64,000 nucleotides of DNA from Octopus sinensis. Taxonomy: Eukaryota. Location of the stretch: assembly GCF_006345805.1 (NCBI RefSeq), contig NC_043019.1, positions 11,531,360 to 11,595,359 on the forward strand, in the 5' to 3' direction. Positions 26,001-37,783 of the stretch are shown here, piece by piece (within the stretch, counting starts at the first letter, position 1; each line of letters begins with the position of its first letter). The position numbers were made by a program, and so were the translations under genes. The notes below the pieces were generated by a model. The model searched no databases. It was not told where the DNA came from and saw nothing but the letters and a program-made list of their open reading frames with translations.

Positions 26001-28017
26001 AGTGCTTCGTTGTTATTGATGTCATTTGTTTAACCTCAGGTAAAACCTGATCAGGTACACATATCATCAAAGACATTCCAAATTACAGTGGTGCTGAAAG
26101 GTTCCTGTCTTTAAGGGTATCGCAAAAGGCCCGGTTGGAGGCTCAACATTCCAAGTTCTTTAACAGGGCTGAGTAAATGTGAAGGACCAGTGCAATAAGT
26201 GTGTGAATCTGAGAGGAGAATATGTTGAATAAAATCATAATTAACTGATCCTCCTGTATTTTTTTTTTTACCCAAAGCCAGGGACTTTTCAGCTGCCCTT
26301 CATAGCAAACCTAGGACTACATTACCAAATAATCTTCCTTCCTCTTTCTCTTTAGTTTTACTATTTCCTTTTCTAAGATAATAGTTTGTGGGTGAGAAAG
26401 AAAAGTGTACTCCCCATCACCTATACCTATTTCTTTATTACCCACAAGGGGCTAAACATAGAGGGGACAAACAAGGACAGACAAACAGATTAAGTCGATT
26501 ATATTGACCCCAGTGCGTAACTGGTACTTATTTAATCAACCCCGAAAGGATGAAAGGCAAAGTCGACCTCGGCGGAATTTGAACTCACAACGTAACGGCA
26601 GACGAAATACCTATTTCTTTATTACCCACAAGGGGCTAAACATAGAGGGGACAAACAAGGACAGACATAGGTATTAAGTCGATTATATTGATCCCAGTGC
26701 GTAACCGGTACTTATTTAATCAACCCCGAAAGGATAAAAGGCAAAGTCGACCTCGGCGGAATTTGAACTCACAACGTAACGGCAGACGAAATACCGCTAA
26801 GCATTTCACCCGGCGCGCTAACGTTTCTGCCAGCTATACCGTCCATCGTCTACTCTATTGATTTCCAGTCTCTGCTCTTCACCAACTCACTCTATCTTCA
26901 AGTGGTTTTGTATTCTAGATTAAGAGATGGGTTGGTATAAAAGAGGCAGATAAGCCAAAGGAGATACTAGTTAAATTTGGGGTATCAGAGCTAAATTCTT
27001 TGAAGCTATGCGACTTGCCAGTTCATTATGTGCCATGCTAGCTCTTATATTCAGAGCCAGCTTGGCTCTCCAATTATGACAATGAGTCTTCCAGTTGATA
27101 CGATCAACTGAAGAAACTGCTTGCAAAACTATTACGCAAGTGGCTGAGCACTCCACAATCACACATGCCTTTTACATAGTTCTCCGGGAGATTCTGCATG
27201 AAACAGAATGCAACAAGGATAACCCTTTGAATTTACAGGTACAACTGAAGGAAATAGTAAAACTAGAGAGAAAAAATTATAAAAGCCATTATGATTTTTA
27301 CATTTTTATTTATTTTTGTTAATTTCCATAATTTTTGTAAGAATATTGAATTATATTTTTGTTGTTCTTTGTCTGCTTTCAGCAAAGTATACGGGGTTAT
27401 GAGTGTGATCTTTGGGTTGCTCACATCGACGCCTACCCAGCCTTTCCACTGATGACAGGGTCAATTATTGAATGGTATTTTACAACAGTGAGTTCTAACA
27501 ACTGCTCCACGTTTTGTATCTTAGTTTGCATGCATGTGTGTGTGTATGTATGTGTGTGTGTGTGTATGGGGCATACACATATCTTTTATCTTTTGTTTGT
27601 CATTCGACTGCAGCCATGCTAGGCCACCACCTTGGAAAATTTTTTGTTTAATCAATTGAACCCAGTACTGTTTCTGTCGGTCTCTTTTGCCAAACATCTA
27701 AGTTACAGGGACATAAACATACCAACATTGGTTGTCCAGTTGTGGTGGGACAAATGAAAAACACAGACACACACAATATATATATATACCTATTTCTTTA
27801 TTACCCACAAGGGGCTAAACACAGAGGGGACAAACAAGGACAGACATAGGTATTAAGTCGATTACATCGACCCCAGTGCGTAACTGGTACTTAATTTATC
27901 GACCCCGAAAGGATGAAAGGCAAAGTCGACCTCAGCGGAATTTGAACTCACGACGTAATGCAGACGAAATACCGCTAAGCATTTCGCCCGGCGTGCTAAC
28001 GTTTCTGCTAGCTCGCC

Positions 28018-28051
<34 letters not shown>

Positions 28052-31000
28052 GTGCTGGTGGCACGTAAAAAGCACCAACCGATCGTCGCTGTTGCCAGCC
28101 TCCCCCGGCACCTATGCTGGTGGCACGTAAAAAGCACCCACTACACTCATGGAGTGGTTGGTGTTAGGAAGGGCATCCAGCTGTAGAAACGCTGCCAGAT
28201 CAAGATTGGAGCCTGGTGCAGCCTCCTGGCTTCCCAGACCCCGGTCGAACCGTCCAACCCATGCTAGTATGGAAAACGGACATTAAACGATGATGATGAT
28301 ATATATTAGCTTAAAAGCCACACTCTGTGAAGACATTTAAGATAGCTTTTGTGGAGAGCTAATTGGGCCTGCTAAATAGCACAACTGTAATATGTCTATA
28401 ATGACTATATACCCTGGTGGTGCCTGACCAGAGGTTAAAGAGAGATGAGAATTAATTCTGTAGTGCAATCATTCAATCATTCCAGTCTCAAGTTGAATTC
28501 CAACTGTTGGCCAATTTGTCCCAAAGTTCTTATCTCACCATAAAAGAAATGAAGTGAATGTCATTTATCTTCCCCTTCATCTCAAACATCATCTGACAAA
28601 TGCCACCAAGATGGTGTCAATCAGCCAAGCTTTACCTGCTAGAAATAGCAACCCAAAAGTTTTTAAATCAGATCCCAATGCTGGATGTTCAAGAACCAAA
28701 TTGAAGGGCAGCTTTTCATCCTAGGATCATCCTGATTCCAAAAAAGATATAATACAACTATGTAGAGTAAATGTAGGCTGAGATACAGGGGACCCAGACA
28801 GACAGACAGAATTTCACTTTATATATATATATATATATATATATACTAGGAAACATACCCGTCCTTTGGATAGTTTAAGTTGCTTTGGTGGTATTTTCTT
28901 CACCAAATAATTGAATTTATCACTTCAGCAAAAGAGATTAGTACAATAAATACTAGACTTTCAAAACAAAATGTACTGGGGTTAATTCATTCGACTAAAA
29001 CCCTTCAAGGTAGTGCTCTAGCATGGCTCCAGTCCAACAATTGAAATAAAATATAAAATGGTTGAAGTAAAAGAAAGTTAATATTAATTCTAAATTGTCT
29101 AATGTTATATTTTTTGGGTTTTTTTTTTTTTTTTTTGCATATAACCATCTCAGCGCCAGTGGTCTTATGGAAAAGCTGTCCATGGAGTACCAAAGTTGAT
29201 GACACAGACTGACCTTAGTGTAAGTACTTTGCAGTTAATTTAGCTTAACTCTTTGAAATTAATTATTTGTGTTGAGACAACGTTGAATGGATTTAGACAA
29301 CCAAAGTAACAACAGACTGGAGAAGTAAATATCTAGACCGTTCCTGCTTAATATAAATCCATTTTCCTTCATTAACCGTGGTTATATTTGGCAAAGAGAT
29401 TTCAGTAGTCAAGACTGATTTCATTTTACTTCTGATGTGTGTGTTGTGTATTGTGTGTATACTTTGTGAGTGAGTGTGATTGGTCATGTTTTAAATTGCA
29501 CAGCAAGGGAGAGAGAAGGGGTAAAAACGTGATACAAAAGGACAGTTAAAATTTAGAGATGCAGGACGAATGCACACACTAGGCCTAGTGGCAGGCAATG
29601 AGTAAAAGCACATCATATATACACACATACACTGAGAGAAAAAAATTAAGGAAGTCGAGAAGTATATGATATCTACTTTTCCATGCTTGCCTGGGTCAGC
29701 TGGAATTTATTGAGGCAGGTTTTCTACATCAGATGCCCTTCTTGTCACCAATCTTCACCTGTTTCCAAGTAGGTAATATTTCCCCATGACCAAATGTGTT
29801 TTCTATGGAAGATTGGAAACAAACAACAATGCTTGTATGACAGTGAAACTAGTTTACAACCATCACATGATGTCGACACAAACGTGCACATACATACACG
29901 TATGTACAACAGGTTTCTTTCAGTTTCCATCAGCCAAATCCACTTACAAGGCTTTGGTTAGCCCAGGACTACAGTAGAAGACACTTACCCAAAGTGCTGT
30001 AAAGTGGGGTTGAACTCAAGACCACATGGTTGGGAAGTAAGCATCTTACACAAACACATATATAAATGCAATGTTATTACTAGTTCAAATACACCAATGG
30101 CACGTTTGAACTTGCAAACAAGCCATTCGTTGTGTTTTGTTATGGAGAAAGTTTTTTGCTGTCAACAGAGAAATTTTCTCCATAACAAAACACAGTGAAT
30201 GACTTGTTTACAGGTTCGAATGTGCCACTGGCATATTCAAAATTGTTTGTTCCTTCTCAAGCCACGCCTGGCTCATAGGGCTGGTTTCCCGGTTTCCTTG
30301 GCGTATAGGTTCCCCACCCGGATGGGACGCCCGTCCGTCGCAGGTGAGCTGCAAGATGCATGAGGAAAGAGTGAGAGAAAGTTGTGGCGAAAGAGTCAGC
30401 AGAAGTTTCGCCATTACCTTCTGCTGGAGCTGCGTGGAGCTTAGGTGTTTCGCTCATAAACACACACATCGCCCGGTCTGAGATTCGAACCCGCGATCCC
30501 TCGACCGCGAGTCTGCTGCTCTAACCACTAGGCCATGTGCCTCCACTCGAACTAGTAATAACATTGCGTTTATACAGATCACTGCTTAGCACTCTCATCC
30601 AACACATACAAAGATACATACACACAAATGTATGAGTATTTTCTTGTAAACTGCCATTTCATTCCTTTTGTTTTTTTGGGGTTTTTTTTAAACAGTCGCA
30701 TGAAGTTGAGGAAAAGAATATATATAACTTCAGAGAGACAGAACCAGATATTCTATTATTTGATGTCACAGCATGTTTTGAATTCAGAGATAAATACAAG
30801 TTTACATTCACAGTACCAGGTAGGTTGCATACAATTAACTCTTTTCTCTGCTTGAGACTGCCTTTAATTCAATTATACAAAATTGCTGTTTTGAAATGAT
30901 CTAAATTAAAACTGCCCACCAAAGTTTCATGTTAATTTATGTTCCAAACCATCAGTTATTTTAATTAATTTTTCATTAATTTCAAAATTAATTGGTAATG

Positions 31001-32641
31001 TGTTTCAACAGAAATACGTTAACAACTAGAAAAGCACTCGCAGAGTGCAGACCTCTGCCAAACCAGCAGGAGCAGCACTATGACGATGACAATGACCACC
31101 ACTGTGCAAATGATGAACATGTTTTCAAGGGAGATAATCAAAGAACGTAACAATACTTCATGTAAAGTAAAATATAACAAATGAAAAATCCTTCAAGAAT
31201 CTATAAAAATTCTTGGATCAGTACCAAAATTTCATCATCTGTTTCTTGTGTCATTACCAACTTTTCCTGTAAGTTTCATCAAATACCGTTCACAACTTTT
31301 TGAGTTATTTTCCACACAGATGGACAAACCAACACCAATGAAAACATAACCTCCTTCCTTGGTGGAGGTAAAAAAGTTTAAATATTGTACAACACCATCA
31401 GTTTATGTGTTCTATAACTTACCTGAGACTGCCCTGGTTCTATTATCAAAATCTTCCATCAAAATTTCATGTTATGTTTCAAACACCAACTTAATGGCTG
31501 AGTTATTTTTACTAAATTCTTCCTTATTTTTAACCTTCTTGGGATACCCAGACTGATTGATCAGCCCAAGTGATACAAGCTGAAAGGACCTTAAGGTCGA
31601 TCCATTGGTTCGATGGAACAAATGTTGTGAATGGTTGGTTTTGAAGTGTAATAGCTAATCAGAGATCATCTTTCAGTAGATGAATCTCAATAGAAAAAAA
31701 TCCTGGTCTTTTTGGCTATACAGTCTCTATATACAGGCATGTCCTTTAAATCCTTGTCACAACCAAATCTCAGACTCATGGATGCTGGTGCCGCATAAAA
31801 GCACCTGTGCCAATGTCACATAAAAACACACAGCCCAATACCATTGCCACATAAAAACTCTGTAAAGTAACTGGCATTAGAAAGGGCATCCAGCTGTAGA
31901 GACAATACCAAAACAGACAACTGGAGTCTGGACAGCTCTCCAGCTGGCCAACTCCTGTGAAATGTCTAACCCATGCCAGCTTCTTTATATATATATCAAT
32001 ATCGACATTTCCATTTTGAGCTTGGTGCAGCTCTCAGCTTACCAGTTCAACTCTGTTTTGGCTTGGTTTTTATGGTAATCACTCGAAAGAGTGTACCAGG
32101 TGCTTTTAATGTGTCACAGGTACAGGTATCTATAGCATGTCACCAGCACTGGCCATAACTACAGCTCCACTAAACTTGATGTGTCTTCTCAAGCACAACA
32201 AATACCAACAGACTTGGCCACTTGTCATCACCTCTGTGAGACTCATATATTCTTTTATTTGTTACAGCCATGCAGCTGCAGTCATCATATGAATGTATAC
32301 ATACATATATATATATATATATAGGAGTGGCTGTGTGGTAAGAAGCTTGCTTACCAACCACATGGTTCCAGGTTCAGTCCCACTGTGTGGCACCTTGGGC
32401 AAGTGTCTTCTACTATAGCCTCGGGCCGACCAAAGCCTTGTGAGTGGATTTGTTTGACAGAAACTGAAAGAAGCCCATCGTATATATATATATAATATAT
32501 ATAAGAAGCTTGCTTACCAACCACATGGTTCCAGGTTCAGTCCCACTGTGTGGCATCTTGGGCAAGTGTCTTCTACTATAGCCTCGGGCCAACCAAAGCC
32601 TTGAGTGGATTTGGTAGACGGAAACTGAAAGAAGCCCGTCG

Positions 32642-32686
<45 letters not shown>

Positions 32687-35477
32687 ATGTTTGTGTGTCT
32701 GTTTGTCCCCCCCAACATCGTTTGACAACCGATGCTGGTGTGTTTACGTCCCCGTAACTTAGTGTTTCGGCAAGAGATACCGATAGAATAAGTACTAGGC
32801 TTACAAAGAATAAGCCCCGGGTCGATTTGCTCGACTAAAGGCGGTGCTCCAGCATGGCCGCAGTCAAATGACTGAAACAAGTAAAAGAGTATATATAAAA
32901 TAAAACCAGAGTCGGTTTAACATTAATTCAGTTAAACAGTTCCTACTAAGATCAATGGTAATCAAGCAAGCAGAACTGTTCATATTTCTTCTCTAAATCC
33001 AAATACGTACAGAAACCCAAGTCTAATAGTCAAGACAAATCTGCTTCCACCTTCTCAAAACCTTCATGAAAATTAAAACATGAAAATTGTGCATAATCTC
33101 CATGCTTTGATGTCTTTTTCTTCAAGCCAAACACACCCAATTAATTGAAAGGCACCTGAAAAGTTTTAAACGAGGGATCGTCTATGCAATTATTGATAAT
33201 ATAGAGATTTCTCCTATGAGAATCAACCAAATAAATGTGAGTTTTTTCTTTAAGCCATTCTTAATTTATGCATCAGTTATTAATTATTTTTTTTAATCGT
33301 AATTTTTACATCCATCTTCTCAGGTTTGTAGGAGTTCATCCATTCATTCATGTATGTATCTTCCTTGTGTCTGAAGTCAAATTGACCTTTCATCCCTTTG
33401 TGGTCAATAAAGCACTGGGGGGTTGATGTAATCAGTTAACCAGACTCCCACTAAAATTGCCAGCTTTGCACCAAAATTTGAAGGAATTATTAAGGAGTGG
33501 CTGTGTGGTAAGTAGCTTGCTAACCAGCCACATGGTTCCGTGTTCAGTCCCACTGCGTGGCATCTTGGGCAAGTGTCTTCTGCTATAGCCCCGGGCCGAC
33601 CAATGCCTTGTGAGTGGATTTGGTAGACGGAAACTGAAAGAAGCCTGTCGTATATATGTATATATATATAAGTGTGTGTGTATATGTTTGTGTGTCTGTG
33701 TTTGTCTCCCTAGCATTGCTTGACAACCGATGCTGGTGTGCTTACGTCCCCGTCACTTAGCGGTTCGGCAAAAGAGACCGATAGAATAAGTACTGGGCTT
33801 ACAAAGAATAAGTCCCGGGGTCGATTTGCTCGACTAAAGGCGGTGCTCCAGCATGGCCGCAGTCAAATGACTGAAACAAGTAAAAGAGTAAAGAGTAAAG
33901 AGTATCAGAAGCCATGGGAGCCAATGCTTGGTATTGCATCAGAGTGCCAAACAAAATGCTTATCTGTATTTCATCTGCTGCTACACCTGAGTTCAAATTC
34001 CGCCGAGGTCGACTTTGCCTTTCACCCTTTCAGGGTCGATAAATTAAGTACCAGTGAAACACTGGGGTCAATGTAATCAACTAGTTTCCTCCCCCAAAAT
34101 TTCAGACCTTGTGACTATAGTAGAATTATTATTATTATTATCATTATTGCTGTTATGTACTTCTAACATAAAATAATTACATTCTATACCATCAGCCAGT
34201 CAGTTGAAACTGACATTCAAAAGGGTCAGAGAAAATAGCCCTGTCAATTATATTTATTTTACTGCTTTTATCACGGTCAAAGGTCATCATCATTATACCA
34301 CCAGCTTAGTGGGAAGTTTTTTTTTTATTTGGTAGTCATAGCAGTAGTGTTGCTGTGTAAACAAAATAAATGGAAACATGTTAGACACATCCATACTGCA
34401 CATTATAAACATGTTATATACATACACACAGACATTAACAAGTTATATACATACATACAAGAACATGCTATACACACACATACAGTAACAGGTACATATA
34501 TACATATTAATTTCAAATTTTGGCACAAGGCCAGCAGTTTCAGGGAAGAGGCCAAGTCAGTCACATCAACCCCCCCAGTGCTCAACTGGTACCTACTCTA
34601 TAAAACCAGACAAAATACCACTAAGCAATTATTAACCCAGTTGAAACTGACTCTGGCTCTGTAATACAAATGTCTAGTTTTCATAAGTTTTGAATTAAAA
34701 TCTTCCACCAAACCTTTGTCACAATTAATGTTCCTAATACTAGCTTAATGATAACTAAGTTATTTTACTAAATCCTTTGTTAGATTTTAAATTAATTGAA
34801 AGAAACACAGAGTATCTCAACAGAAATAAGGTAACAAAAAGGTTAAAGTCACCATGATATTTTTAACCCTTTTATTACCAACCCAGCTGAAACCGGCTCT
34901 GGCTCTACAAATGTCTTGTTTTCATAAGTTTTGAATTAAAATCTTCCACCAAACCTTTGTCACAATTAATGTTCCTAACACTAGCTTAATGATAACTATG
35001 TTATTTTACTAAATCTTTTGTTAGATTTTAAGTTAATTGAAAGAAGCAGGGAGCATCTCAAAATAAATACAGTAAGGAAAGGGTTAAAGAAAACAGAGAA
35101 TATACATAGAACAATAGGAGTGGCTGTGTGGTAAGTAGCTTGCTTACCAACCACATGGTTCTGGGTTCAGTCCCACTGCGTGGCACCTTGGGCAAGTGTC
35201 TTCTACTATAGCCTCGGGCTGACCAAAGCCTTGTGAGTGGATTTGGTAGATGGAAACTGAAAAAAGCCCGTCGTATATATGTGTGTGTGTTTGTGTGTCT
35301 GTGTTTGTCCCCCCAACATCGCTTGACAACTGATGCTGGTGTCTTTATATCCCCGTAACTTAGCGGTTGCGCAAAAGAGGCCGATAGAATAAGTACTAGG
35401 CTTACAAAGAATAAGTCCTGGGGTCGATTTGCTCGACTAAAGGCGGTGCTCCAGCATGGCCACAGTCAAATGACTGA

Positions 35478-35541
<64 letters not shown>

Positions 35542-37319
35542 AGTGTGTCTTTGTGTCTGTATTTGTCTCCCCACCACCACTTGACAACTGATGTTGGTGT
35601 GTTTGCACGAATTCACTTTTACAATAGAAAACTACCGTTTCATGATGTAAATTTTTTTGATGTCATGATTTTTAAATATATATTCTTGAATAATTTTGCA
35701 GGTTGAGTTTGAAAAAGATAAAATCTTAGCATCATTTAAGATCCGTCATGATTTTTAAATATATATTCTTGAATAATTTTGCAGGTTGAGTTTGAAAAAG
35801 ATAAAATCTTAGCATCATTTGAGATTCATGACAAGGTAACAGTTCCTAACAGTGGCACCCTTACAAAGAAGCAAATAAGCTTGAAGAAAGCTGTGGATGG
35901 ACTGCGAAGCATTTTTGATAAAGGTGCTTTCACAGTCCCATTTAAATATGGGGACCAACAGGTAAGTACCTTCATACACACCTCTACACAGTAATGCACT
36001 GTCCTTGTATTGTGCTTCAAAGCCTCCAATGAATTTCAGCACCTGACACACCTTTTGACCAAAGAAATCGGATCACTGCTCTTCAATGCACATTCCTGGT
36101 GGAGTGGCCACGTTTACACTATAAAGCCAGAAAGAAAAATAGCATCATCATCATCATCGTTTAATGTCCGTTTTCCATGCTAGCATGGGTTGGACGGTTC
36201 GACCGGGCTCTGGGAAGCCAGGAGGCTGCACCAGGCTCCAGTCTAATCTGGCAGTGTTTCTACAGCTGGATGCCCTTCCTAACGCCAACCACTCCGTGAG
36301 TGTAGTGGGTACTTTTTACATGCCACCAACACAGGTGCCAGGGGAGGCTGGCAATGGCCACGATCAGTTAGTGCTTTTTACGTGCCACCAGTACGGAAGC
36401 CAGTCAAGGCGGCACTAGATTCAGCCACGTTCAGATGATGCTTTTTACATGCCACCGGGACGGGTATCACAACTACAATTTCCATTTGATTTTTATTTTG
36501 ATGTTGATGTACTCGACTCAGTAGGTCTCTTCAAGCACAGCAGGTTGCCCTACGATCCAAGGTAATCACAGCAGGCCGTCCTGCGATCCAAGGTACTTTG
36601 GATGGGCCGGGGCTGCTATGTGAAGCTGGTGCAGGAAATAGCCATGTGCTGCTTCTCAAACAATTGCCTTGGCAATCACTCACTTCCGAGGTTTGTTTCC
36701 TCACGTTTAATTTTTGCATCATTATGTTCATCTACAATTTGCATTCTACCCAGTTAATTACTAACCCGTCTTAATTTAATTTAACAATCATAGTCTTGCC
36801 TTTTTTTTTTTTTTTTTTTGCATAGGAGTGGATGTGTGGTAAGTAGCTTGTTTACCAACCACATGGTTCCGGGTTCAGTCCCACTGCGTGGCACCTTGGG
36901 CAAGTGTCTTCTACTATAGCCTCGGGCCGACCAAAGCCTTGTGAGTGGATTTGGTAGACGGAAACTGAAAGAAGCCCGTCATATATATATATATATGTGT
37001 GTTTGTGTTTGTCCCCCCAACATCGCTTGACAACCGATGCTGGTGTATTTATGTCCCCGTCACTTAGCGGTTCGGCAAAAGAGACCGATAGAATAAGTAC
37101 TGGGCTTACAAAGAATAAGTCCCGGGGTCAAGTTGCTCAATTAAAGGCAGTGCACCAGCATGGCCGCAGTCAAAATGACTGAAACAAGTAAAAAAAAAAC
37201 AATTAAAAAAAATATCAATGAATTTTAATATTTTTCATTTTCAGATAATCATGATTGATGCTGATAGCAACTCCTTAATTATGGAAGAAGTAAAAGGAAC
37301 ACACAAATCTAACAACTAA
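10004..37319 (+). CDS. Uncharacterised secreted protein, 573 aa, 13 coding exons: signal peptide + 2 tandem ependymin/LolA-like domains + C-terminal domain
   Basis: join(10004-10106,16011-16211,17813-18046,20884-21020,21709-21831,23857-23968,25803-25957,27383-27487,29154-29219,30696-30819,33127-33236,35785-35961,37245-37319) = 1722 nt. All introns are GT-AG, phases are consistent and there is no internal stop. Hydrophobic N-terminus [20 protein letters not shown]. Repeated motifs: [13 protein letters not shown] / [13 protein letters not shown]; EYHD / EEYD; [11 protein letters not shown] / [11 protein letters not shown]; F..P..C. The family call is from motif memory, not a search. Confidence 0.9.
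11393..11716. mobile_element. hAT (Charlie-like) MITE
   Basis: CAGGGGTTCTCAACC start, degenerate GGTTGATAACC end; flanks GTCTAGAC / AGCTAGAC (NTCTAGAN preference). Confidence 0.6.
12904..12917. promoter_or_regulatory. Perfect palindromic RFX X-box motif
   Basis: GTTTCCATGGAAAC in non-repeat sequence of intron 1. Confidence 0.4.
13008..13805. mobile_element. Inverted pair of SINE A: 13008-13237 (-) and 13402-13805 (+)
   Basis: TSDs ttataggctcatacct (16 bp) and tatatctggacaaa (14 bp). Confidence 0.85.
16011..16211 (+). CDS. Gene 1 exon 2
   Basis: ttttttccag|...G|gtaaac, phase 1-1. [18 protein letters not shown]...GEMFIVTPD. Confidence 0.9.
16385..16604. mobile_element. piggyBac-type MITE family 1
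   Basis: TTAA|CCCTTT...AAAGGG|TTAA. Confidence 0.7.
17813..18046 (+). CDS. Gene 1 exon 3
   Basis: ttttattcag|...G|gtaagt, phase 1-1. GACKTTDLW...[12 protein letters not shown]...TTWYF. Confidence 0.88.
18062..18463 (+). mobile_element. Non-autonomous Helitron copy 1
   Basis: A|TC 5' end, CCCG..CGGG subterminal hairpin, CTAG|T 3' end, no TSD. Confidence 0.8.
20884..21020 (+). CDS. Gene 1 exon 4
   Basis: ttcttttcag|...|gtatga, phase 1-0. [16 protein letters not shown]...EFFHYKP...EPIFE. Confidence 0.9.
21295..21339 (+). ncRNA. Candidate type I minimal hammerhead ribozyme (Penelope-like element type)
   Basis: Stem I TCTGTG/CACAGA; core CTGATGA (21301-07); stem II GGG-AAATAA-CCC; GAAA (21322-25); palindromic stem III ATCGCGAT; NUH=AUA, with cleavage predicted after 21333. 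Confidence 0.6.
21709..21831 (+). CDS. Gene 1 exon 5
   Basis: ttttcacag|...|gtaaga, phase 0-0. [32 protein letters not shown]. Confidence 0.9.
22330..23400 (-). pseudogene. Tc1/mariner maT-family (DD37D) transposase fossil, antisense in intron 5
   Basis: Minus-strand translation [52 protein letters not shown]-37aa-[18 protein letters not shown]-stop (22455), with in-frame stops and frameshifts. Confidence 0.85.
23857..23968 (+). CDS. Gene 1 exon 6
   Basis: atttgcag|...G|gtaatt, phase 0-1. [16 protein letters not shown]...KIHDYKI. Confidence 0.9.
25803..25957 (+). CDS. Gene 1 exon 7
   Basis: ttatttacag|...|gtaagt, phase 1-0. [13 protein letters not shown]...FTYEGV. Confidence 0.9.
26084..26304. 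mobile_element. Tc1/mariner-type ~220-bp MITE (also 18577-18795; partial ~46990-47140)
   Basis: TIR-like GCTGAAAGGTTCCTG..CAGGGACTTTTCAGC; internal sequence shared among copies. Confidence 0.6.
26422..26835 (-). mobile_element. SINE A with duplicated tail (other copies 5623-5838, 8608-8970, 20580-20795, 27787-28020, 45730-46222, 59940-60570)
   Basis: High similarity to the family A consensus seen across the window. Confidence 0.8.
27383..27487 (+). CDS. Gene 1 exon 8
   Basis: ctgctttcag|...|gtgagt, phase 0-0. [12 protein letters not shown]...IEWYFTT. Confidence 0.9.
29154..29219 (+). CDS. Gene 1 exon 9
   Basis: Poly-T tract, catctcag|...|gtaagt, phase 0-0. [22 protein letters not shown]. 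Confidence 0.85.
30084..30240. repeat. ~157-bp imperfect palindrome
   Basis: Perfect 20-bp core arms 30131-30150 and 30175-30194; outer arms differ almost only by transitions. Confidence 0.8.
30243..30546 (-). mobile_element. tRNA-derived SINE family C (also 46640-46950, 15470-15798)
   Basis: Head GGCCTAGTGGTTAGAGC..GGTTCGAATC; CpG-rich body shared by 3 copies. Confidence 0.8.
30696..30819 (+). CDS. Gene 1 exon 10
   Basis: tttttaaacag|...G|gtaggt, phase 0-1. [12 protein letters not shown]...FDVTACF...FTVP. Confidence 0.88.
33127..33236 (+). CDS. Gene 1 exon 11
   Basis: ttttcttcaag|...|gtgagt, phase 1-0. KHTQLIE...[10 protein letters not shown]. Confidence 0.85.
34632..35083. mobile_element. 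Two adjacent piggyBac-type family 1 MITEs (partial + complete 34867-35083)
   Basis: Same internal sequence as 16385-16604; TTAA flanks on the second copy. Confidence 0.65.
35662..35826 (+). repeat. 83-bp tandem duplication spanning the exon 12 acceptor
   Basis: gtcatgattttt..gcag|gttgag..gcatcattt starting at 35662 and 35745. Confidence 0.9.
35785..35961 (+). CDS. Gene 1 exon 12
   Basis: aattttgcag|...CAG|gtaagt, phase 0-0. [16 protein letters not shown]...KYGDQQ. A duplicate acceptor lies at 35701. Confidence 0.85.
37245..37319 (+). CDS. Gene 1 terminal coding exon 13
   Basis: tttcattttcag|[27 protein letters not shown], followed by AATAAA signals. Confidence 0.8.
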   Translation: MIMIDADSNSLIMEEVKGTHKSNN

Positions 37320-37700
37320 GACACCTACAAAGGTACCAGTGTCATATCAATAGTATGTAGTCCTGGTAATATCAGTATGAAAAAAGAGAAACTAAACTTT
37401 ACAGGTGGATCGAATCATCTTGAAACAATTTATTTTACTCAATGCAAAATTCTAATTTTTTCTTCTTCTTTTTGTTTGTATATTTATTTCTCTTCGAAGT
37501 TCTTGTTTTGTTTGTTTTTGTTTCTTGAAAATACATCCAGAGAAAAAGTGGAAGAATTAATGTCCTTTTTAAAAGATTTAGATATGAAAAAAAAAAAAAA
37601 AAAGAAAAACAATACCATCCTGACATAAACAGATAAGAGATTATTCATAAGTAAAATTCATTTGAATTGTTATTTTGTTTTCACTGTGAGAGGGAAAAAA

Positions 37701-37783
37701 AATAAACATGTTCCTTTTGTAATGATATAATTATTTTTGTGTTTATTATTGTATGACGCTGTCTCAATTTTCAGCAAAATAAA
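37701..37783 (+). terminator. Candidate polyadenylation signals of gene 1
   Basis: AATAAA at 37701-37706 and 37778-37783, with T/GT-rich sequence downstream. Confidence 0.5.

Noticed and set aside
30470-30546. tRNA gene
   Set aside because: A/B boxes are present but continue into a SINE body shared by three copies; the same applies to the other SINE heads.
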